Shown in pieces: positions 1 to 9,641 of a stretch of 59,581 bases of DNA. The stretch covers positions 1 to 59,581 of IMG/VR virus record IMGVR_UViG_3300031578_000032; one strand, written 5' to 3'. Source of the stretch: a virus. Its lineage: Duplodnaviria; Caudoviricetes. How positions within the stretch are numbered: position 1 is the stretch's first letter; the number at the start of each line of letters is the position of its first letter. The translations under genes and the position numbers were made by a program. The notes beneath the pieces were generated by a model. The model made no database searches, was not told the origin of the DNA, and saw only the letters and a program-made list of their open reading frames with translations.

Positions 1-467
1 TGGATATCTTTTCTATCCTCATTTGGTAAAGCTCCAACTCTTGCTATAGTAAGAGAGTTGTATTTAAGTAGTTCGACAAAGGGAATTAGGTTTATTAATC
101 TCATGTCTAAATCTGTATGTATTAAAATGTTATTATAAAGTATAGGTTCAATCCAAGCACATACTAAAGGGACATTCCAATAACCACATGTAAATTTTTC
201 AGTCTCTGGAAAATATTTTTCAATATAAGTTACATCATATTCTTTTAATTGATCAATTGTTTTCCTTTCAGGAACTCGCTTAGATGGACATACACAATAG
301 ATATCAATACCCTTGGGATAGTATTGTCTCCATGACTTTACACATTCAATAGCTTCTTCTTCAAGGGGTTCTCCACCATCTCTTGTATATTCCTTATTTT
401 CCCAATACTTTCCTGCACCTAAATTTGTCTTACTGTTTTCAATTACCAATATTAATGAAGTATTCAT
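1..467 (-). CDS. partial glycosyltransferase-like (GT-A, DxD) protein, runs off window start
   Basis: Manual translation from ATG at 467 (ATGA overlap with upstream rSAM stop): MNTSLILVIENSK...CVKSWRQYYP...LIHTDLDMRL; open to window edge; hydrophobic strand followed by DxD. Confidence 0.5.
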   Translation of the reverse strand, partial: MNTSLILVIENSKTNLGAGKYWENKEYTRDGGEPLEEEAIECVKSWRQYYPKGIDIYCVCPSKRVPERKTIDQLKEYDVTYIEKYFPETEKFTCGYWNVPLVCAWIEPILYNNILIHTDLDMRLINLIPFVELLKYNSLTIARVGALPNEDRKDI

Positions 468-1378
468 CTTCCCAACCTCTCTATTACTTTTTTATATTTA
501 TTCATCCATGGATGTTTTATTTGATCTACTGATACAAGAGTTAGATCATCACAGTCATTACATATGCCTCTATAAATTCCAACTGTTTGCTCTTTCATAT
601 ACTGAGCGAAAATACTATCTTCAGAATATATTTCTTCAAGGGATTGTTTGTATATATTTCCGATTATCAATTTCTTATGTGTGTCCCAACAATTGCATAA
701 AGTAACATCTCCGTTTATAAATATTCCATTATCCACAATAGCATGAGCACAAATCCCTTTTTTTATAATGTCAATTTCACATTGTTTGGGAATTTGACCT
801 GCCCAATTTCTATTGATTAATTCCTGATTCTCCATCTTAGCATTGTAGTTCTTAACTATAAACTCCATTCTCTTATACAATGAAGAATCTTTATCAACAT
901 CACATCTTAAATAATATCTTATTCTGGCTGGGTTTATGTCTTGCTCAACTATGTAGTCGTTGAGGGCATTCAGCTTTGACACAAACAGATTATACAGATC
1001 CCTTCCAGTGGTTTCTTTGTATTGTTCTATGCTGTATCCATATATACTTGGTTCAATAAACCCTTTCTTCATGTATGGGAGCAATTCTAATAATTTTTTG
1101 GATGAATTTAAAAAGTTAGTTACAAACCCATACCATTCAATTTCTGGGATACCTTCTAGAAATTTTAATTTGTCAATATGATTTATATCCAGGAGAAAAT
1201 CTCCTAAGTTTGGAGTTAGATCAAATCTTGTAAATCCAAAATCCACACACAATTTGACGACTTCTTTAAACTGTTTAATTGAGAATACTTCCAGGGGTGG
1301 GCGCTTAACCAGAAATGAGTTCAAACAGAATTTACAGTTGAGTTGACATCTCAATAATTGTGTTATATTTATTATCAT
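464..1378 (-). CDS. radical SAM/SPASM domain protein
   Basis: CQLNCKFC motif; C-terminal C...NGDVTLC...IGNIYKQSLEEIY...CNDC SPASM pattern. Confidence 0.9.
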   Translation of the reverse strand: MIINITQLLRCQLNCKFCLNSFLVKRPPLEVFSIKQFKEVVKLCVDFGFTRFDLTPNLGDFLLDINHIDKLKFLEGIPEIEWYGFVTNFLNSSKKLLELLPYMKKGFIEPSIYGYSIEQYKETTGRDLYNLFVSKLNALNDYIVEQDINPARIRYYLRCDVDKDSSLYKRMEFIVKNYNAKMENQELINRNWAGQIPKQCEIDIIKKGICAHAIVDNGIFINGDVTLCNCWDTHKKLIIGNIYKQSLEEIYSEDSIFAQYMKEQTVGIYRGICNDCDDLTLVSVDQIKHPWMNKYKKVIERLGR

Positions 1379-2301
1379 ATCCAGTCTAAAACTCCATTAT
1401 TTAATTTATGTTTTTTGATCATCTCTGGCTCATCTAAATAATATTCATACTCTCTACATGCATTACACATTTCACTATAGACACCCATTGATTGCTTTTC
1501 AATTATATCTCGGTAGTTCGATTTATCTCCGTATATATCTTCCATGCTCTGATCTAAAATATTTCCTATCAACATCTTTCTGTTAATATCAACCATACCA
1601 CAAAGAGTAACATCAAAATTAGGAAGTATAGCTGTTTGAACTATTGCATGTAAGCATGTACCTTTTCTCTCTGGTTTCTTTGCTAGATATTTTACACCAG
1701 GAAGTTGCCCTGCCCAGTCGTAATTTAATTTGGCATTTCCATTGTCTATAATAATTTTTCCTTTATAAACAGCCTGTAGCCCTCTAATTATTTTAAATAG
1801 TTTAGTATCATATGGAACATTTTCAAACTTATCATATCTCATATAAAATGTAATTGTAGGTCCAAAGAATTTATTTTCTCTCAATTTATTATACAAAGCA
1901 TTTAACCTTTCTTCAAATTGAGGGAATTTTGTTGTTCCTGTCATATCTAAATAATTTTGATTATCATGCCCATAAATACTTATAAATATTTGAGTCTTTT
2001 TTGAATTAACAAAAGATTTCATATCAGTATCTAACATTGCTAATAGATTTGTAACTACATCATAATTCTCAACCTTTTTTTTATCTTCAAGTATATTTAT
2101 CATAATACCATGACGTGGAGTCAAATAGAATTCTCCCACTATTGGCGTAAGATCTACATTTGATAATCTAACTGTTGAGGTTAATTTATCAATTACAAAC
2201 TTAAACTCATCTGGTTCCATAATTTCAGTTAATCTTGCCCTGTTAAGACAAGGATAACACCTCAACTGACATATGTTATTGGTTACCAATTGGATATACA
2301 T
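1375..2301 (-). CDS. radical SAM/SPASM domain protein
   Basis: CQLRCYPC; VGEFYL; C...DVTLC...IGNILDQSMEDIY...CNAC; close paralogue of 464..1378. Confidence 0.9.
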   Translation of the reverse strand: MYIQLVTNNICQLRCYPCLNRARLTEIMEPDEFKFVIDKLTSTVRLSNVDLTPIVGEFYLTPRHGIMINILEDKKKVENYDVVTNLLAMLDTDMKSFVNSKKTQIFISIYGHDNQNYLDMTGTTKFPQFEERLNALYNKLRENKFFGPTITFYMRYDKFENVPYDTKLFKIIRGLQAVYKGKIIIDNGNAKLNYDWAGQLPGVKYLAKKPERKGTCLHAIVQTAILPNFDVTLCGMVDINRKMLIGNILDQSMEDIYGDKSNYRDIIEKQSMGVYSEMCNACREYEYYLDEPEMIKKHKLNNGVLDWI

Positions 2302-3194
2302 TTTTTCAAGATAGTCTCCATATCATTTTCTGGCACCCACCCTATATATTTCTGAATTTTATTTACTACTGGCGATCTGTGTCTTACATCTGAATGATTT
2401 TTTGTAAACCATTCACTGTATGGTTTCAATAATATATTAGAGTTGCTTCTTGTTAATTTTTTAACCATTGTAGCAAGTTCTAATATAGTTATACCATTGT
2501 GTGTGTTACCAACATTAAATATTTCTCCATAACATTTTTCATTTATTATTAATTGATACATAGCTACAACTGCTTCGGAAACATCACAAAAAGATCTGGA
2601 TTGTTCACCATCTCCATGCACAATAATATCTTTATAACCTAATGCTCTTTCAATAAAAGTTGGCACAACCATTCCATATGTAGATACCTGTCTGGGTCCA
2701 ATAATATTAAAAGGTCTAATTATTACTACTGCAGGAAGTTCATATGATAATGCTAAAAATTCACCAGCTAGTTTGGCACAAGAATACCCCCACCTTAAAG
2801 TAGATTTTGGGCATCCTATTTGTAGGTCTTGATCTTCTCTAAACATTTTTTCACTATTGCCATATACCTCACTGGTGCTTGCATATAATATTGGAGTCTC
2901 GTATTTTTTTGCTAATTCAAACACTTCCATTGTAGTTCTAAGGTTGTTAATCATCGCTAAATTTGGATTATTATTAATGTATTGATTACCAACCGAAGCA
3001 GCTAAATGGAATACACAATCACTCTTTTTAAAACCAACTTCAAGACTATTAACATATGTTACCGGAACCATTATGTTACTTTCTTTCCCAGTAGAAAAAT
3101 TATCATAAACATAAACTTTATGCTCTTTCTTTATTAACAATTCAACTAAATGTGAACCTATAAAACCTGCACCACCTATAACAAAAAATTTCAT
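2283..3194 (-). CDS. NAD-dependent nucleotide-sugar epimerase/dehydratase (extended SDR)
   Basis: GGAGFIGSHL, FHLAA, STSEVYG, YxxxK (YSCAK), RPFNIIGPRQ, GDGEQSRSF. Confidence 0.93.
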   Translation of the reverse strand: MKFFVIGGAGFIGSHLVELLIKKEHKVYVYDNFSTGKESNIMVPVTYVNSLEVGFKKSDCVFHLAASVGNQYINNNPNLAMINNLRTTMEVFELAKKYETPILYASTSEVYGNSEKMFREDQDLQIGCPKSTLRWGYSCAKLAGEFLALSYELPAVVIIRPFNIIGPRQVSTYGMVVPTFIERALGYKDIIVHGDGEQSRSFCDVSEAVVAMYQLIINEKCYGEIFNVGNTHNGITILELATMVKKLTRSNSNILLKPYSEWFTKNHSDVRHRSPVVNKIQKYIGWVPENDMETILKKCISNW

Positions 3195-4117
3195 TGTATT
3201 TCTCCCTTTTTATGCTTCAGAAAATATTGTATTGAATACTTGCCAAATTCTGTATCACCAGGGCATTCAACATTATTACAAAGATGAAACCTTGGATATT
3301 TTATTGCTTCATTCATATGAAGATTAGTTAATACTTCACTCTCTCCATCACACCATTTTACATCACCATTCTCATATATGTCAAACCCAGCAGCACATAC
3401 CATTCCTTTAAATGTACCAAACGTGTAACAGTCAGGAACAATATCTTGCTTAACTCCATCTATTAAGACATCTACATTCTTTTTATCAAACCATCCAAAT
3501 ACATTATGTTCATCATATTCATTCTCTTGTCTGAATTTCAAATATTTTTCTTTAAACTTTATTTGATCTATTGGATCTATTTTTAAAATGGGTAATAACT
3601 TTTTGTATTTATTATATATGCTCAATACATGATCCATATTGTTTTCTTGAATCATAATACTTGCACCAACTAATTGATTTCTATTTTGAAGAATTAAAGC
3701 TTTATCGACCCACTCAGGTATATTTCTTACCCAATCAATATGAAGAGTAACAGCAGCATTTGCATACTCTGGAACACTCTTAAAAAAAGATGTTGATTTA
3801 ACCAAGTTGGTTGTAAATCTTATATATATTCTATCCTTGTAAAGGATTTTTAGTTTTTTTATAAAGTATATAAAATAAGGGTGGATGGTAGGTTCTCCTC
3901 CATAGAAATGAAATAATATATACTTCCTATCTTGTTTGTTAATAAATTTAACTATTTTATTGAATAATCTATTGCTGACCATGTTTCCACTGACATTAAT
4001 ATCTTCTATACAATACCAACATCTTAAATTACAATCTCGTATAGTAAATAGATTTATATACAGTGTATCTTCAGCTATATCTTGGTTGTATAAAACAAAC
4101 TTATCTAAGCGTTGCAT
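3191..4117 (-). CDS. radical SAM protein with Cys-rich (twitch-like) C-terminus
   Basis: CNLRCWYC, FYGGEPT, TTNL, MVC...ENGDVKWC...HLC...C. Confidence 0.9.
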   Translation of the reverse strand: MQRLDKFVLYNQDIAEDTLYINLFTIRDCNLRCWYCIEDINVSGNMVSNRLFNKIVKFINKQDRKYILFHFYGGEPTIHPYFIYFIKKLKILYKDRIYIRFTTNLVKSTSFFKSVPEYANAAVTLHIDWVRNIPEWVDKALILQNRNQLVGASIMIQENNMDHVLSIYNKYKKLLPILKIDPIDQIKFKEKYLKFRQENEYDEHNVFGWFDKKNVDVLIDGVKQDIVPDCYTFGTFKGMVCAAGFDIYENGDVKWCDGESEVLTNLHMNEAIKYPRFHLCNNVECPGDTEFGKYSIQYFLKHKKGEIQ

Positions 4118-5079
4118 CTAAATAATACACTCCTATTTTTATATCTCTTTAACTCTTCTAATGTATATTCATCACCTTCTGGTTGAGGATCTTCTATGTT
4201 CTTTATATAATATTTTATTGAGCTTCTTATTACTTCCATATCACAATTAGAAGTATAATTATTACATATATGCCAACCTGGAATTTTTTTATCAGGGGTT
4301 TCAAATACGTTGGTAATTGGGTTATTTATAGTTGGCCAACAATTATACAAGTTTCCATATTCATCAATAATAATTCCTGAACTACACATATGATATTTTT
4401 GTACACTATCTTTATCATAAAATAATTCCTTCTCACTATCTTCAAACATATCCCAATTATCAAACTCCTCTTTATATTCAATATATTTTTTATCATTTAT
4501 GATCTGATCAATGGGGCATACTATGGTGGGTATATCATAATTCTTATGCATATAATGATATATAAGTCCCATGTTTTCCATTTGCATCATCAGAACAGCA
4601 TGATATAATTGCATATTATCATTTAAATATCTTGCTTTTTCAAACCATTCATCTGGATCTTTCACCCAATCACTATGAAAGGAAGCAGCATATATTAATT
4701 CTTTTGGGAGACTCTTAAAATACTCTAAGGGTTTTATTAAGTTTGTGGTTATTAGAATATCAACGTTTCTTTTACCTTCAAAGTATTTTTTAATTTTATA
4801 AACCATATCAGATAGATGTGGATTTAATGTTGGTTCGCCTCCAAAGAAATTAATACAAATATTCGGTTTCTTTGGATGATCTTGTATATCAATAAATTGA
4901 ATAACCTTATCTATATCTGATAAGTCCATATATCTTGATTTTTTAGAATCACCAGTAAGAACATCACAATACCAACATTTGATATTACAAAACTTTGTAA
5001 CTAATAGAGTTACAAACATAGTCCTACTGATGTCTATCAAATCTCTATTGCTCATTAATTTATCATCTTTGAATTTCAT
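4105..5079 (-). CDS. radical SAM protein (likely start MKFKDDK at 5079)
   Basis: CNIKCWYC, FFGGEPT, TTNL, ASFHSDW; AAGGA upstream of 5079. Confidence 0.88.
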   Translation of the reverse strand: MKFKDDKLMSNRDLIDISRTMFVTLLVTKFCNIKCWYCDVLTGDSKKSRYMDLSDIDKVIQFIDIQDHPKKPNICINFFGGEPTLNPHLSDMVYKIKKYFEGKRNVDILITTNLIKPLEYFKSLPKELIYAASFHSDWVKDPDEWFEKARYLNDNMQLYHAVLMMQMENMGLIYHYMHKNYDIPTIVCPIDQIINDKKYIEYKEEFDNWDMFEDSEKELFYDKDSVQKYHMCSSGIIIDEYGNLYNCWPTINNPITNVFETPDKKIPGWHICNNYTSNCDMEVIRSSIKYYIKNIEDPQPEGDEYTLEELKRYKNRSVLFRCNA

Positions 5080-6034
5080 TTTTATTCCTTTTAAAATAAT
5101 CAATTGAATATTTTGGATGGTGAATATCACATATATCACAATTATCGTATAAACATATATGCCAATCAGGAATTTTTTTCAATGCATCCTTAAAAATATT
5201 TAGAATAGGTGATGCCTCAGGATCATCAAATTTTCTCCAACAGTAATACACATCTCCATTCTCTGCAACCCTAAATTTACAATTGCACATCATCAGCTTG
5301 AAGTTATGAAATTGAAAGCCGTCTAAACTCCCCTTTGAACCATCCTTAAATAATATTTCACAATTAGTCGTGTCCTCTTGTTCATACTTATATTGACCCA
5401 GATAGTCTGCATTATATTTTTTAGCTACGTGTTTTGCCCAATCCGTTCCAACCAATTGTTCTTGCACCACAAGTTCATAAACTGAAAATTCATCTGATTT
5501 GTATTTGTCATAAATTTTAACAATTTCTTTTTCATTCTCTGGTGTTAATATGAACTTAATATCTCTTATCATTCCTTTCTTATTAAGATAATATACTTTC
5601 GAGAACCATTGAGCCGGATCTTTAATAGCATGATAATGATATGAGCATGAGAATTTTGTTTGCTTTGGCCAGTTGTATCTCCAATACTCAAATGGTTTCA
5701 TTAAATTTGTAAGAGTATGAATTTTTAACAACTTTTTTCCTTCGTCAAAGTATTCAGTGTCAAGTATTGTATGGAATTCTCTAAAGAGGTGATGTGCTGT
5801 TGGTTCGCCTCCAAAGAACTCAAATGTATAATGTTTATAATCCTGTAATTCTAAAAACTTTAATAATCTTCTAAAGTTACTCCCAGAAGCATAATAATAA
5901 CTATCCTTTCTTTTATTACAACCCCGACTACAATAATTACATCTTACATTACAATTTTCAGTTGGAATATAAATTACCTTACATACTTCATCCCAGTAAT
6001 TTGGATCTACTATACAAAATTTATCAAGTTTCAT
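5063..6034 (-). CDS. radical SAM protein
   Basis: CNVRCNYC, FFGGEPT, MMC...ENGDVYYC...WHIC...CDICD. Confidence 0.9.
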   Translation of the reverse strand: MKLDKFCIVDPNYWDEVCKVIYIPTENCNVRCNYCSRGCNKRKDSYYYASGSNFRRLLKFLELQDYKHYTFEFFGGEPTAHHLFREFHTILDTEYFDEGKKLLKIHTLTNLMKPFEYWRYNWPKQTKFSCSYHYHAIKDPAQWFSKVYYLNKKGMIRDIKFILTPENEKEIVKIYDKYKSDEFSVYELVVQEQLVGTDWAKHVAKKYNADYLGQYKYEQEDTTNCEILFKDGSKGSLDGFQFHNFKLMMCNCKFRVAENGDVYYCWRKFDDPEASPILNIFKDALKKIPDWHICLYDNCDICDIHHPKYSIDYFKRNKNEIQR

Positions 6035-7019
6035 TTACATTTCCTTTCTTAAAATGTTTCATGTAATAATTAACAGAACATTTTGGATATTCTAAATCAC
6101 ATATACACTTCTTCTGCTTACATAAAATCCATTCATCAAGCTTCTTTGGTTCATCTTCTCCCAACACCATAACTTTAGGAATGTCATGTAAACATCTAGT
6201 AATTTTTCCATTGGGATGTACTGATATTTCACAATGACACATCATAAAATAAAAACTTCTATATTTATCATAGTTCAAGTAATCATTTGTACCATCAGAT
6301 AACATAACTTTTATACTTTCACTATCTAATTCTTCATCCCCTCTACAATCAACATGAGTATTGAAGTATTCAAAAGTACCTGAATCTGTTAATTCTTTAA
6401 ATTCTTTATCATATGCAAATTCATTTATTGGATAGACAGTTACCAAATCTACAATGTTTTCATCACTATACTTTATCAAATATTTATCTTTATATTTATC
6501 ATAAACTTCTTTAATCTTATCAGCATTTTTTTCAGTTAGCATTAAAAATACTTTTGATAAACAACCTTTATCATATAAAAGTTCTACTTTAGAAAACCAT
6601 TCTTCATCATCTTTAACACCATGACTGTGATATGAACACGTAAAATCAAAAGACTCTTTAAGTGGTAAACTTTTAAAATATTCATATGGTTTTAATAAAT
6701 TTGTAACTACATGAATATAACTATTTTTTAACTTACCTGCTTCATCAAGAAAGTATGGAAAATCCCTATGAACAGTTGGTTCTCCTCCAATTAAAGTCAT
6801 TGAAATTCTAGGTCTTTCTTGGATTAAAAGGAGTTTAATAAGTTCAGAGAATTGATTTTTTGATAAAAAGTCATATCTTTTTCTCGGTTTATCAAATCCG
6901 CCAATACAATAGTAACAACTATTATTACACTTATTTGTTAGAGTTACATTAGCATGAGCTGTTTCAACAAATTCTTTATAACCATGTATTGCATAATACT
7001 CTAATTTATTTTTTTTCAT
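6024..7019 (-). CDS. radical SAM protein
   Basis: CNNSCYYC, IGGEPT, MMC...NGKITRC...WILC...CICD. Confidence 0.9.
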   Translation of the reverse strand: MKKNKLEYYAIHGYKEFVETAHANVTLTNKCNNSCYYCIGGFDKPRKRYDFLSKNQFSELIKLLLIQERPRISMTLIGGEPTVHRDFPYFLDEAGKLKNSYIHVVTNLLKPYEYFKSLPLKESFDFTCSYHSHGVKDDEEWFSKVELLYDKGCLSKVFLMLTEKNADKIKEVYDKYKDKYLIKYSDENIVDLVTVYPINEFAYDKEFKELTDSGTFEYFNTHVDCRGDEELDSESIKVMLSDGTNDYLNYDKYRSFYFMMCHCEISVHPNGKITRCLHDIPKVMVLGEDEPKKLDEWILCKQKKCICDLEYPKCSVNYYMKHFKKGNVNET

Positions 7020-7821
7020 GAGTTATCCTATAATATTTTTTCATATCCATTCTTGGATATGCTTGATCACAAAAACAAATTTTAGATATACAAAATGTCC
7101 AGTCTTGAAGGTATTGCATCGGATCTGTATATATGTTAAAGATTTTATATTTTCTATCCATTTGTGCCCAACATCTCATAACATCACCATTTTCTCTAAT
7201 AATAAAACCTGGTTTACACATTTGATTTTTATAATTACCGTATATGTGTTCATAAATATTGTCCCAATCATATGTATTTTTCATTACATCATATGCTTCA
7301 GTTCCCAATATCTGATGGATGGGACATATCCAAAGTTGTCTCCTATTGAAATGTTTATAATATAAGTGTAATATTTGCTTGACATTATTTTCTTGAAGCA
7401 TGAAAAAGACCTCAGAATTTTTTAATGAATAAACCTTTTCAAACCACTTATCTATATCCGGAATCCAATCAGAATGAAACGAAGCATTAATTATAAAATT
7501 ATCGTACTTATTAAATTGTTCAAAATATTTCTTTGACCTTAATAAATTAGTGTGCATAAGCAAAGTAACGTTGTCAAATTCTTTATTTAATCTATCAGTA
7601 TATTCAATTAGTTTTGGATGTAACGTTGGTTCACCTCCATAGAATTGAAAGAAAAGATTCTCTTTTTTATGCAGATGTATAAACTCAATAACTTTATCAA
7701 AATTATGTTCGACTGTTTCTCTAACATCTTTTTCTTCATTCCAATAACAATACCAACACTTTATATTACATTTTTGAGTTAATACAAATGTTATTTCAAG
7801 AGTAGTATTATAATCAATCAT
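7006..7821 (-). CDS. radical SAM protein
   Basis: CNIKCWYC, FYGGEPT, ASFHSDW, MC...ENGDVMRC...WTFC...CFCD. Confidence 0.9.
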   Translation of the reverse strand: MIDYNTTLEITFVLTQKCNIKCWYCYWNEEKDVRETVEHNFDKVIEFIHLHKKENLFFQFYGGEPTLHPKLIEYTDRLNKEFDNVTLLMHTNLLRSKKYFEQFNKYDNFIINASFHSDWIPDIDKWFEKVYSLKNSEVFFMLQENNVKQILHLYYKHFNRRQLWICPIHQILGTEAYDVMKNTYDWDNIYEHIYGNYKNQMCKPGFIIRENGDVMRCWAQMDRKYKIFNIYTDPMQYLQDWTFCISKICFCDQAYPRMDMKKYYRITHEKK

Positions 7822-8660
7822 AGTATATCCATAATGGGGTCATCTGATTTAAAAAACCTATCTTTCAATCCTATTTTCTGTAGTTCATGATAACGATACC
7901 ATGAACCATCCTTTATTTTATATTGGTTATTGTATATTATGTTCTTGTTATAAAAATAAGCCTCCATTAATAATCTACATCTAGGTTCAAAATATAGCCC
8001 ATCATGAATATACATATAAGTATCCCATAGTTCAAAAAAGTTTTTTGGATGTTTAACTAAAACTGTTATTCTATTGGTTGGATCAATATTTTTATTACCA
8101 GAAACAATTATATTTTTATTAGTTAATGTTAATGCTCGAGTTAATTCTGTTGCACTTTTACCTGAACAATTAATATAACAATTACTTCTATCCTTTTTAA
8201 CTTCTTTGTAAAGGTCAAATGGAAACCTTAATTTATAATCAACATTTCCAACACCAAATGGCATTTCATTATAAACAGTATAGTTTGGTCTATCAATGTA
8301 GTCGTAAAATCTTTTTATGTAATTTTTATCATGATCGTAAATAATGTGATAGTGTGAGGCAAGTGTGTATGGAAGAACAGAAGTTGTACCATAGTCCATT
8401 ATAAGAATATTGTCAAAAGAGAGGTATATGAGTTTGTATTCTGTTTCTAAAACTATTATGTTATCTTTGTAATTAAAATCTATATTATATCTATCTCTAA
8501 TTATTTTAAATACATCTTCTAATGTAAGATGACGCTTTATAATAAGAATTAATTTTGTATCTTTATTTAATTTTTGTGTTTGCAAATAATATTCTATAAC
8601 ATCAATTAGTGCACCATTAATATGATAACATCTGAATATTATAGCATTCATATATTTCAC
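7818..8660 (-). CDS. hypothetical protein, possibly glycosyltransferase-like
   Basis: 280 aa, first of the coupled rSAM block; C-terminal FEPRCRLLMEAYFY resembles the GT-B E-x7-E-A segment. Confidence 0.35.
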   Translation of the reverse strand: MKYMNAIIFRCYHINGALIDVIEYYLQTQKLNKDTKLILIIKRHLTLEDVFKIIRDRYNIDFNYKDNIIVLETEYKLIYLSFDNILIMDYGTTSVLPYTLASHYHIIYDHDKNYIKRFYDYIDRPNYTVYNEMPFGVGNVDYKLRFPFDLYKEVKKDRSNCYINCSGKSATELTRALTLTNKNIIVSGNKNIDPTNRITVLVKHPKNFFELWDTYMYIHDGLYFEPRCRLLMEAYFYNKNIIYNNQYKIKDGSWYRYHELQKIGLKDRFFKSDDPIMDIL

Positions 8661-8665
8661 CTTTC

Positions 8666-8797
8666 TTATTCTATTTCTGGATATTTAGGGAGTTTATCTT
8701 TCTTTTCTTTATCCCAACATTTATCACATATTTTTTCGTAGTTACTTGTGATAAATATAATATATGTATCTTGACCACATCTATCACAAGTCATCAT
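8666..8797 (-). CDS. 43-aa CxxC...CxxC mini-protein (not in ORF track)
   Basis: Manual translation MMTCDRCGQDTYIIFITSNYEKICDKCWDKEKKDKLPKYPEIE*; AAGGA upstream; fills the intergenic gap. Confidence 0.6.
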   Translation of the reverse strand: MMTCDRCGQDTYIIFITSNYEKICDKCWDKEKKDKLPKYPEIE

Positions 8798-8811
8798 AAT
8801 AGACAGTTTCC

Positions 8812-9504
8812 TTATTTTATTATTGATATAATTTTTATATCATGTTTTTTATCTTCTAAAGATAATATTTCATCTATATTGATGGGTAATTCAAGTTTTG
8901 GTAAATCTTCTGGTATGTGAAGTTCTTCTTTATTATCATACCACTCGACTAATTTATCTTGATCTTGAAGTTCTTGAGCTATTCTTGTTTTCATTTTTAT
9001 TGGACATGAATGTAAGAACTCGAATGTACTGTTTCTTAATCTTCCAGAACTAATCCAATCAATAACTGCCATCTCTTTAATTTTAAATTCCCACATATCC
9101 ATATCTAATTGATGTCTTTTTTCATCTGTCAGGACACCAATCTTTCCTTTTAAGTAAGCAGCTTGTTGATAGAATCTCATAAATTCTCTTTTCGTATCTC
9201 TGATTGCTCTTTCAGATTCTTCCATTAACATAATTTTTTCTTTAAGGTCAACTTTGCATCTTTTTAATTCAAAATCACTTTCTTGACCTGTTTCTATTTT
9301 CCATTCTAGTTCTTCAATGTCAATTTGCAATCTTGCATTATTGGAAGTTAATTCTCTTAATCCTCTAAATCGTTTGTACAATTCTCTTAGTGATTGTTTA
9401 TATTGTCCGTATAAAGTACCGCCTGCTCTAGTCGTTACAAGATAATCATCTTGAAATTGTGGCATCCCTGTTTGGTGGTCATCCAATAATGTTCTTAAAT
9501 TCAT
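8812..9504 (-). CDS. coiled-coil hypothetical phage protein
   Basis: 230 aa, AAGGA RBS, heptad-like E/K/L-rich core, follows the fibre gene. Confidence 0.6.
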   Translation of the reverse strand: MNLRTLLDDHQTGMPQFQDDYLVTTRAGGTLYGQYKQSLRELYKRFRGLRELTSNNARLQIDIEELEWKIETGQESDFELKRCKVDLKEKIMLMEESERAIRDTKREFMRFYQQAAYLKGKIGVLTDEKRHQLDMDMWEFKIKEMAVIDWISSGRLRNSTFEFLHSCPIKMKTRIAQELQDQDKLVEWYDNKEELHIPEDLPKLELPINIDEILSLEDKKHDIKIISIIK

Positions 9505-9524
9505 TTTTCGTTTTCCTTTCTTTT

Positions 9525-9624
9525 TTATATTTTTTGATTTAAAAATTTTTGTGATTCTACACTACAAATTCCCATTCTTAAATTGATGTTTCGCTTCTTG
9601 ACCACACCCATATTCATACAACAT
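9525..9624 (-). pseudogene. internally deleted remnant of an HNH endonuclease gene related to 38759..39679
   Basis: MLYEYGCGQEAKHQFKNG matches HNH N-terminus ICEYGCGREAKYQFKNG; adjoining CSVESQKFLNQ matches its C-terminus; DNA similarity to 38778-38810 and 39609-39655. Confidence 0.85.
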
Positions 9625-9641
9625 TATTTTATAAATCTCCA

